Source: a virus (Duplodnaviria > Caudoviricetes). Taken from it: DNA of 64,000 bases. How positions within the stretch are numbered: position 1 is the stretch's first letter; every line of letters starts with the position of its first letter. Made by a program: the position numbers and the translations under genes. Positions 26,232-33,086 of this stretch are shown one piece after another. The stretch lies in IMG/VR virus record IMGVR_UViG_3300021399_000099, positions 152,911 to 216,910 of that record. One strand, written 5' to 3'. The notes beneath the pieces were generated by a model that did not search any database, had not been told where the DNA came from, and worked only from the letters and a program-made list of their open reading frames with translations.

Positions 26232-26409
26232 CGGGGATAGCAGGGCTCGAACCTACAACCTATTGATTAAGACCCGATAAGAGGAATCGAACCTCTGTTA
26301 CCATGTGTCGTAAGACTAGGTGTCCTATACCACTAAACGATACCGAGTTGGTTAATTTCGGATAACCGCCCCGTTTCAGTCAATTGCTCTACCATTGAGC
26401 TATATCCCC
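26232..26409 (-). tRNA. tRNA-Asn(GTT) with 106 nt intron (26271-26376) containing a nested tRNA
   Basis: ATTGA-CT-G|TT-AA-TCAAT. Confidence 0.85.
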
Positions 26410-26417
26410 ATTGTTTG

Positions 26418-26501
26418 CGTTTGGTGCAGGATTCGAACCTACGGTGTTCTTCACACGGCACATTAACAGTGTGCTGCCTTAAACCACTCGGCCAACCAAA
26501 C
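26418..26501 (-). tRNA. tRNA-Asn(GTT) with long variable arm
   Basis: GCACA-CT-GTT-AA-TGTGC. Confidence 0.85.
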
Positions 26502-26508
26502 ATATTTG

Positions 26509-26587
26509 TCGCGAAGACTGGACTCGAACCAGCATCCCCCTGCCTCCTATGCAGGCCGCTTACAAAAACCAATTAGCGTACTTCGCG
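26509..26587 (-). tRNA. tRNA-Pro(AGG), A34
   Basis: CCTGC-AT-AGG-AG-GCAGG. Confidence 0.8.
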
Positions 26588-26599
26588 TTATATTTTATG

Positions 26600-26671
26600 A
26601 GCCCCTTGTCGGAATCGAACCAACATCTAGGCGTTACGAATGCCTTATAATAGCCGTTATACTAAAAGGGC
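26600..26671 (-). tRNA. tRNA-Thr(CGT)
   Basis: TT-CGT-AA loop. Confidence 0.9.
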
Positions 26672-26774
26672 ATATAATGATAACCGTAGTTGGGTTTGTC
26701 AAAGTACCTTTATCTGCCATATTCTCAAGAGCCCAACCTTGTGGCATTGATTATGTACATGCAGTTATCATTTG

Positions 26775-26847
26775 TGGCGGTAACCGGAGTCGAACCGATA
26801 TCTGGTGGGTCAAAGCCACCCATACTCAGCCTTTGTACGATACCGCT
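26775..26847 (-). tRNA. tRNA-Gln(TTG)
   Basis: GGTGG-CT-TTG-AC-CCACC. Confidence 0.85.
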
Positions 26848-26848
26848 G

Positions 26849-26922
26849 TGGACACATGTGGGATTCGAACCCCTCCTTCACAGTGCAAGTGTGAGGTGCT
26901 ACCAAGTTACACTACACGGCCC
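26849..26922 (-). tRNA. tRNA-Ala(TGC), irregular acceptor stem
   Basis: TCACA-CT-TGC-AC-TGTGA. Confidence 0.75.
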
Positions 26923-26929
26923 ATATTTG

Positions 26930-27018
26930 TGGAACTTACGGATTCGAACCGCCTGTTATCGGGTCTTCCCTCGTTATTTCACCCCGTGAGCATCCGCCCC
27001 CAACTGGCTTTAAGTCCC
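26930..27018 (-). ncRNA. Ala-acceptor (G3:U70) tRNA-like RNA lacking a canonical anticodon arm
   Basis: GGGACTTA/TAAGTTCC-A with TTCGAAT T-loop. Confidence 0.5.
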
Positions 27019-27026
27019 ATATTTTG

Positions 27027-27121
27027 TGGGAGAGGTGAGACTCGAACTCACTTACCGCGAAGGCCAATACGGCTATTTGGTGACGCGGGTTGGTTTTACA
27101 GACCAGTGCCGTTACTCTCCC
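27027..27121 (-). tRNA. tRNA-Tyr(GTA) with relocated D-arm strand, copy 2
   Basis: Same architecture as 26124-26218 with compensatory changes. Confidence 0.75.
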
Positions 27122-27129
27122 ATAATTTG

Positions 27130-27314
27130 TGGCTCCGAAGAGGATTCGAACCTCCATTCAGACAGTAGCCTTCCGGATTGGCACTTGTCCCTGTGTTTAT
27201 TCTTGCGCCCAACCTTTGGCAGCTCGCGACACTGTTGTTCCTCACTGTCAGGTAACCCCTATTACACACTTCCCTCACCATGCAAGGGCGACTTTACCGT
27301 TTGTCTATCAAGCC
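27130..27314 (-). tRNA. tRNA-like gene with ~110 nt insertion in the variable loop
   Basis: GGCTTGA acceptor, D-arm GAC/GTC, T-arm GGAGG-TTCGAAT-CCTCT. Confidence 0.5.
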
Positions 27315-27321
27315 ATATTTG

Positions 27322-27394
27322 TACTCCTATCGGGAGTCGAACCCGAATCCCCGGACTGAGAATCCGGTCGCCTGAACCATTAGCAGATAGGAGC
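27322..27394 (-). tRNA. tRNA-Glu(CTC)
   Basis: CCGGA-TT-CTC-AG-TCCGG. Confidence 0.9.
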
Positions 27395-27422
27395 ATATAT
27401 TTCAGTATGTCAAAGAACATAT

Positions 27423-27501
27423 TGGTACTGGGGACGGGACTCGAACCCGCATTTACCGACTTGAAAGGCCGATTACCTAAGACCAATTAGTAGACCCCAG
27501 C
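27423..27501 (-). tRNA. tRNA-Glu(TTC), CCA encoded
   Basis: TCGGC-CT-TTC-AA-GTCGG. Confidence 0.9.
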
Positions 27502-27507
27502 ATATTG

Positions 27508-27702
27508 TGGTGAGGGTAGGATTCGAACCTACAATAGCCAAATTAAAGGCAGCGAGTGTACGAGTTCGCTTTGCTCACCTACCACGCTCGTAACGTGGAA
27601 TCACAAACTTATCTACATATCAATTATAGTTTCAATAAGATGTACGGTCAAATCTACCTCTATAATCTCAGTTAGCTTCGTCTGAAACTTTGCTGCCTCA
27701 CC
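27508..27702 (-). tRNA. Tyr-like class II tRNA body with ~110 nt D-region insertion
   Basis: GGTGAGG/CCTCACC-A; T-arm GTAGG-TTCGAAT-CCTAC; AGCGA/TCGCT arm. Confidence 0.5.
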
Positions 27703-27739
27703 ATATATATCAATGAACTTTTATATCAATGAACTTTAG

Positions 27740-27813
27740 CGGTCCTGACCGGATTCGAACCGGCACCACGCACCGTGACAGGGTGGCATTGTAAACCATT
27801 CAACCACAGGACC
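27740..27813 (-). tRNA. tRNA-Asp(GTC)
   Basis: CT-GTC-AC loop. Confidence 0.9.
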
Positions 27814-27821
27814 AATATTTG

Positions 27822-27934
27822 TGGAGATAGATGGCATCGAACCATCACCCGTTATTTTTTCTCAGATTTGTACTCTGACCGAACTTGCAGCTTTCGCCTT
27901 GGGCCCGCACTCTGCCATATTGAGCTATATCCCC
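27822..27934 (-). ncRNA. Ala-acceptor tRNA-like RNA with anticodon arm replaced by a ~55 nt domain
   Basis: GGGGATA/TATCTCC-A (G3:U70); normal D and T arms. Confidence 0.55.
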
Positions 27935-27942
27935 ATTTAATG

Positions 27943-28027
27943 TGCGTCCAATGGGACTCGAACCCATAACGCCTTACGGACCCCTCTGATTAAAAGTCAG
28001 ATGCGCTACCAATTGCGCCATGGACGC
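27943..28027 (-). tRNA. tRNA-Lys(TTT) with long variable arm
   Basis: TCTGA-CT-TTT-AA-TCAGA plus ~16 nt variable region. Confidence 0.85.
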
Positions 28028-28100
28028 CTAATTTTCAAAGAACTTTTCTAATATATTACAAAAGCCATGCCAAACTTTTTCAGTTCTTATAATTTTTTTG

Positions 28101-28175
28101 TCGGGACAGAAAGATTCGAACTTTCATTGCTACTGTATCAGAGTAGTATCCTAAGACCGTTTAGATGATGTCCCG
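28101..28175 (-). tRNA. tRNA-Ile(GAT)
   Basis: CTACT-CT-GAT-AC-AGTAG. Confidence 0.85.
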
Positions 28176-28196
28176 TTATGTTTCAAATAACTTTTG

Positions 28197-28271
28197 TGGT
28201 CCCGGTGGGATTCGAACCCACAACCCGACGGGTAAGAGCCGCCTACGCTAATCCAGTTGCGCCACGAGACC
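28197..28271 (-). tRNA. tRNA-Lys(CTT)
   Basis: GGCGG-CT-CTT-AC-CCGTC. Confidence 0.9.
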
Positions 28272-28282
28272 ATATTTATTTG

Positions 28283-28357
28283 TGCCCCCGGTGGGACTCG
28301 AACCCACAATCACGCACCTTAAAAGGGTGGAGCTTTAACCAATTCAGCTACAAGGGC
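28283..28357 (-). tRNA. tRNA-Lys(TTT)
   Basis: CACC-CT-TTT-AA-GGTG. Confidence 0.9.
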
Positions 28358-28442
28358 TTTCCAAGAACCTATTTGCCGGCTTAATTTATTACCTGTAACC
28401 GGCAGGCTCCATTTTCTTTCTTAGCCCTCGTATCTTGGAGAG

Positions 28443-28679
28443 CTAAAGATTGTATTTTCGTTTAAACTCTTTCATATCTATTTCTTCTTTTTTAACTTCC
28501 GTTCTTTTTCCGTTAATGACAACTTCAATGGGGAACTGTGATTCGTCCCAGAAATACTCTTCCGGCTTCACCTTTGTTCCGTCTTCAAAAAACAATTCAC
28601 ATTCTCCCCTTTCAATCATCTTCCTAACCATCAAGGTTGCAACATAAATTGCTTCTATTTTTTGTTCGTTGTCTGTCAT
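28443..28679 (-). CDS. Hypothetical protein
   Basis: 78 aa ORF directly after the sigma54-like motif at 28692-28707. Confidence 0.55.
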   Translation of the reverse strand: MTDNEQKIEAIYVATLMVRKMIERGECELFFEDGTKVKPEEYFWDESQFPIEVVINGKRTEVKKEEIDMKEFKRKYNL

Positions 28680-28905
28680 ATTGTCTATATTATCAAAAAC
28701 CGTGCCAAACTTTACTTTTGAAACGGACTTTTTAATCCTTTCGTGTAAGGTATGTAGTAAAGTACTTGATTATCAGTCAAATTCTCGTACCACTCGTCAA
28801 AGTACTTAAGAAACTTCTTATGTACGTTATACCTCCACTCGTTCCAAAGGTATTCTTTTAACTTATCGTTTTGCCCCGCTTTCCATAACTATATTCTTTA
28901 TTTCG

Positions 28906-28979
28906 AGCCCAGAGCCGGATTCGAACCGGCGAATGTCAGTTTTGCAGACTGATAGGTTAGACCACTTCCCCATCTGGGC
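28906..28979 (-). tRNA. tRNA-Cys(GCA)
   Basis: TCAGT-CT-GCA-AA-ACTGA; U73. Confidence 0.9.
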
Positions 28980-28987
28980 ATATTTTG

Positions 28988-29066
28988 TGGAGCGGACGGG
29001 GTTCGAACCCGCAACTCCATCCCTCATATAACTGAATGGCTTTTCCGTTTTTAAAGCTACCACCCC
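28988..29066 (-). tRNA. Ala-acceptor tRNA-like RNA with 11 nt anticodon loop
   Basis: GGGGTGG/CCGCTCC-A; CATTC-AGTTATATGAG-GGATG. Confidence 0.5.
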
Positions 29067-29072
29067 ATTTTG

Positions 29073-29145
29073 TACCCCGGGCCGGAATCGAACCGACATC
29101 TTATGTTCCGTAGACACACGCTCTAATCCGTTGAGCTACCAGGGC
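29073..29145 (-). tRNA. tRNA-Arg(ACG)
   Basis: CT-ACG-GA loop; A20. Confidence 0.9.
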
Positions 29146-29152
29146 ATTTTTG

Positions 29153-29223
29153 TAGTCCCAATGCGAATCGAACGCATATCGTAGGAATCGGAATCCTAAA
29201 TTCTTCCGTTAAACTATGGGACC
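29153..29223 (-). tRNA. tRNA-Arg(CCG)
   Basis: TAGGA-TT-CCG-AT-TCCTA. Confidence 0.9.
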
Positions 29224-29404
29224 ATGGTAGCCGTGACTTTAATTACGCAGTTACACGGCACCCCTATCTCTGCGAGCAACCATTACGGTTTCTGTTAGGG
29301 TTATGTTGCTATCAACCCGTCAGGCCGTCGTCCCTGCTCTAGCGCTGCTTCCGCGACAGACACAATTTCTTCCCTATCTCAGTCTAAGGGGAACCTGACT
29401 ATTG

Positions 29405-29479
29405 AGCCCTCAGTCGGATTCGAACCAACACTTTTACCATACCACAGTAATGTACTCAACCATTAAATACGATAAGGGC
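29405..29479 (-). tRNA. tRNA-Thr(GGT)
   Basis: TTACT-GT-GGT-AT-GGTAA. Confidence 0.85.
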
Positions 29480-29487
29480 TTAAAACG

Positions 29488-29665
29488 TACCCCCGTGCAG
29501 ATTCGAACTGCAATTAAGAGTTTAGGATTGGGTAGCGGGAATTGAACCACGCGACACACTGAGGAATTGCTTCCACCGGCTCTGACCACCTGAGCTATAC
29601 CCGATAATTTGTTTCGGTAAATTACTCCGTGTAAGACTCTGGTCCTTCCATTGAACGACAGGGGC
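29488..29665 (-). tRNA. tRNA-Arg(TCT) with 107 nt intron (29526-29632) containing a nested tRNA-like element
   Basis: AGAGT-CT-T|CT-AA-ACTCT. Confidence 0.85.
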
Positions 29666-29836
29666 ATATTTCAAAATGATGTCTTCCCACCAGAATGATA
29701 TCCTTCTGTTTTTTACGTGGGATGGTATCTGTCATTTTCCAATCTCGGGAGTTTCTCATCGGAAAGCGCTTAATCCGTATGCACCACCTTCTTCATTAGA
29801 CGACTTGACATCATTATATATTTCAAAGAACTTGTG

Positions 29837-29910
29837 TGTGGCTGGATGGATTCGAACCAACGGCTTTCTGCACGTCAAGCAGATGTACTTACCCACTATA
29901 CGACAACCAC
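29837..29910 (-). tRNA. tRNA-Val(GAC)
   Basis: TCTGC-TT-GAC-GT-GCAGA. Confidence 0.9.
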
Positions 29911-30038
29911 ATAAAGCGACAACCCGCGAATTCTATCTTGCACAACGGTATCATAGTTAAGGCTGGCCGAAGAGTTACCCCTCGATTTAAAGTTCCCATG
30001 AACACACCTTAACACCTCACTATATTTCAAATAACTTG

Positions 30039-30110
30039 TACCCGGGAGACGACTCGAACGTCCAATCTTCGCTTTAGGGGAGCGCTGCATTTCCATTATG
30101 CTACCCAGGC
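30039..30110 (-). tRNA. tRNA-Arg(CCT), C33
   Basis: CGCT-CC-CCT-AA-AGCG. Confidence 0.85.
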
Positions 30111-30124
30111 ATATAATCTTATAT

Positions 30125-30206
30125 TACAAATACCGTGCCAAACTTTTCAAACTACTAAAAAAAATTTCATTTGTTTCTGGACCACTATATTACAAATACC
30201 GTGCCA
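30125..30206 (-). promoter_or_regulatory. Two identical sigma54-type promoters at the head of the tRNA array (30125-30140, 30191-30206)
   Basis: TGGCACGGTATTTGTA twice. Confidence 0.65.
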
Positions 30207-30225
30207 AACTTGAGTTGTGGGTATT

Positions 30226-30277
30226 AAAAAACCTCCGAATCTTGGGTTTTTCCTTGCCGGAGCCTTAGATTGGAGGT
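30226..30277 (-). terminator. Attenuator terminator upstream of the tRNA array
   Basis: ACCTCC-AATCT...AGATT-C-GGAGGT-TTTTT. Confidence 0.75.
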
Positions 30278-30324
30278 GAAGTTAAGATGTATGTTGTGGT
30301 TAGAAACCTATGTGCGATTTTTTT

Positions 30325-30483
30325 CTAAGTTCGCATCACTCCTACTTCTCCCCTTGCTCCGGGTGCCTCATACCATTCATTACCTTTAAGGTAACTTCCA
30401 CAGAGTACGGCAGCGGCCAGGTCAATTCTGGTGAAATCGACTGGGCGTGAAAACTGCTTCGTATTATGTAACATCTGTGTCAT
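30325..30483 (-). CDS. Putative codon-sampling attenuation leader peptide (52 aa, MTQMLHNTKQ...GVMRT)
   Basis: A-rich initiation region; all 20 amino acids; 41 distinct codons; 3' end complementary to the terminator 5' arm. Confidence 0.7.
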   Translation of the reverse strand: MTQMLHNTKQFSRPVDFTRIDLAAAVLCGSYLKGNEWYEAPGARGEVGVMRT

Positions 30484-30588
30484 TGAATGTATGATTTTTT
30501 TTGTTTTTGATTTTTGTTCGCTATATAAATAGTACAAAAAATAAAAAAGAAAAGCAAGAGAAAAATATTTTTTTTTTAAATTTTTTTC

Positions 30589-31083
30589 TTAAAACTTCTT
30601 TTTTCTGCCCTTTTCCTTCTTCTGGGCGGCTCTTTCTGCCTTTTCCTGGGCTTTCTTCTCAGCCATCTGTGCGAGTGTATATTGTGCAAGGAGTGCCGAA
30701 TCAACTGCAGCGTTCTTGAACTTCTCGTACATACCTACCGGGACCGTAATGCTGGGGGCACCGATGATAATCTTCTCCTTTTCGCTGTCATAGGAAATCT
30801 GGTCCATTGCAAGACGCAGCCACATATATTTGTTATCCAAACCGTTCTCGTCAGGTCCGTCCGGGAGAAGGTCAAAAGCTTCCCCATTAACAAGCACAAG
30901 AATGAGGTCCTCACGACCGGAAAGATATTCGGCATATTCGTTCGCCCTGACAATCTTTACGACTTCCTTAAGATTCACAACGTCAAGTGTTTCAAAATCA
31001 ACGAATTGTGAAAGACCAAGCTCGTGTGCAATCTCATCAACAAGTTTTACGATACTTTCATCTGCCTTAAAAAACTTTGCCAT
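30589..31083 (-). CDS. Conserved-looking hypothetical phage protein
   Basis: 164 aa ORF, basic C-terminal tail. Confidence 0.65.
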   Translation of the reverse strand: MAKFFKADESIVKLVDEIAHELGLSQFVDFETLDVVNLKEVVKIVRANEYAEYLSGREDLILVLVNGEAFDLLPDGPDENGLDNKYMWLRLAMDQISYDSEKEKIIIGAPSITVPVGMYEKFKNAAVDSALLAQYTLAQMAEKKAQEKAERAAQKKEKGRKKKF

Positions 31084-31176
31084 ATTCAGTTAAATGTTTA
31101 AATTATTTATTATTGTATTTTTTTACCTTATATTGTATTGTAAAGGAAATATACAAACTATTTTTTAAAAAACCAA

Positions 31177-32166
31177 ATGGCTGAAAGAACAATCACCGAA
31201 AAAGAAAGACTGAGAAGGGAACGCCTTGCTGAGAGACGCAGGGTGGGGTTTCTTGCGTATCTTGAGCGGAGAAAGAAGGAAAAGGAAGAGAGGAAGGAGC
31301 TTGAAAGGTTGGAAAAGGAAAGAAAGAAGTTGGAAAGGGAGGCGGAAAAAAGGGAAAGGAAGAAAAAACCCGTCGTTAAAAAAAGGAAAGTCGGTAGGCC
31401 AAAGAAGCGTGGCCCCAAGAAAAAGAGGAAATACATATCCAGGAAGCCGAAAATCGACAAGAGAACCTTAAGGATATACGACTATAAGGTGGTGTCGTGC
31501 CATAACGGGAAACAAAACGGCTATGTCGGTGTATATGTAAGACCGGAAGAAGCGTACGAAGCCATTGAAAGGCTTATGGAGGGGCAAGAGGACATAATTT
31601 TCCCGGCAAGGATTCAAATCACGGACACAATCCACGATTCAAGGAACGAATACCTTATACTTGAAAGGAACAGGTACGGCGATAAGGAGGCCCCACTTTT
31701 AAGGAACTCATATGGGAAACTTGTAAAGCAGGAAACCAACTCGGACACCTGGATTATTATGGATAAGATAAGGTACGATGTGGAGGAGACGTTCTGGGTA
31801 TATGGTTACGACCCGTCAAGGGGAAGAAAGACGTTCGAATGGATATACAATAATATAATAACGGGTAACATCGAAAGTTCCTATGACATAAAAAGGGTGA
31901 TATTGTACAAGAACAAAATCATCATAAAGGACGATGTCGGGGGGCTCGATATCGTATTCTGCAAGACACCAAGTGAGGGAATACGCTTCTATAACCTATT
32001 GGGTGAATGGGTGTTAAAGAACAAGATGAAGAAACATATCTTCTTGCTCGGGGACTATAGCAAAATTGGAGATAAGCGGAGGGCCCTGGAAAAGGAACTT
32101 GTTGAAAAGACCGGCTGGACGATACGGAAAATACAGATGAGCACAAGTAAAAAATGCAGATTATAG
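31177..32166 (+). CDS. Hypothetical protein with highly basic N-terminus and AT-hook-like GRPK motif
   Basis: 'KRKVGRPKKRGPKKK'. Confidence 0.7.
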   Translation: MAERTITEKERLRRERLAERRRVGFLAYLERRKKEKEERKELERLEKERKKLEREAEKRERKKKPVVKKRKVGRPKKRGPKKKRKYISRKPKIDKRTLRIYDYKVVSCHNGKQNGYVGVYVRPEEAYEAIERLMEGQEDIIFPARIQITDTIHDSRNEYLILERNRYGDKEAPLLRNSYGKLVKQETNSDTWIIMDKIRYDVEETFWVYGYDPSRGRKTFEWIYNNIITGNIESSYDIKRVILYKNKIIIKDDVGGLDIVFCKTPSEGIRFYNLLGEWVLKNKMKKHIFLLGDYSKIGDKRRALEKELVEKTGWTIRKIQMSTSKKCRL

Positions 32167-32232
32167 TTTTTAGTGTTTGCTGGACTATTTATGATAGATA
32201 ATAAAATAATAAAAACAGATAAACAACAAACT

Positions 32233-33051
32233 ATGGCAAATCTAACTTATTTCAAAAAATTCAGTACCAAGAGTGATTATGACACTTATATCGGGGGAGA
32301 CCCTGTATTACCTAATGTAAGTATTGTTGCAAATGAAGACGTGTATTTCAAAGACGGGGAAGGTCCGGTACCACCACATGATTATTCACAAGATTATTTG
32401 ACATTTGTAATGCTTGAGGATGATGCCACAGTAAGTACAAGCTATGATGACATCTTTTTCTCGAGCGACAACGGGGAAACGTGGCTCAATGGAGAAATTA
32501 CTGGTTTAAGTGCAGGGGACAAAGTTTTAATTAAAGCCAATAGACCCGCGTTTGTGGGTAGCAATAAAACCGCCTTCAGCGTCGACAAAAATTTCAATGT
32601 TGAAGGAAATATTATGTCATTAACTTATGGGGATAATTTCAAAAACCAAACCACACTTCCTCCTTATGACGAGCAGCATGAGTATGGCGAATTTTGTGGA
32701 ATTTTCTTTTATTGTAGTAGTTTAATTTCCGCTGAAAATCTTGTATTACCCGCCACAACATTGACAGAGAAATGTTATAGTGACATGTTCATTGAATGTA
32801 CATCCTTAACAACAGCACCTGAACTTCCTGCCGCAACATTGGCAGAGAATTGTTATAATAATATGTTCCAGCGTTGTATCTCCTTGAATTACATCAAATG
32901 CCTTGCAACAAATATATCAGCAGATAATTGTACATATAATTGGGTAAATGGCGTTGCTGCAACCGGTACCTTCGTAAAAGACGCTTCCATGACCGATTGG
33001 ACATCTGGTAGTGACGGTATTCCTAATGGTTGGACAGTACAAGACGCTTAA
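32233..33051 (+). CDS. BspA-type leucine-rich repeat protein (short paralog; start MANLTYF)
   Basis: 'LPATTL..CY..MF..CTSLTTAPE' repeats. Confidence 0.85.
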   Translation: MANLTYFKKFSTKSDYDTYIGGDPVLPNVSIVANEDVYFKDGEGPVPPHDYSQDYLTFVMLEDDATVSTSYDDIFFSSDNGETWLNGEITGLSAGDKVLIKANRPAFVGSNKTAFSVDKNFNVEGNIMSLTYGDNFKNQTTLPPYDEQHEYGEFCGIFFYCSSLISAENLVLPATTLTEKCYSDMFIECTSLTTAPELPAATLAENCYNNMFQRCISLNYIKCLATNISADNCTYNWVNGVAATGTFVKDASMTDWTSGSDGIPNGWTVQDA

Positions 33052-33086
33052 TTGAAATAAAATAATAAAAATAGATTGTAAAAAGT

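Noticed and set aside
10800-30110. Dozens of 60-220 aa ORFs in the six-frame track across the tRNA island
   Set aside because: They overlap tRNA/ncRNA genes or lie antisense to them and have no protein-like composition; they are shadow ORFs.
9526-30110. HDV-like theta ribozymes at tRNA 3' ends, and RNase P RNA
   Set aside because: I could not find the nested double-pseudoknot pattern, or the GAGGAAAGTCC / CGGCTTA hallmarks, by eye. A descriptor search is needed to exclude them formally.
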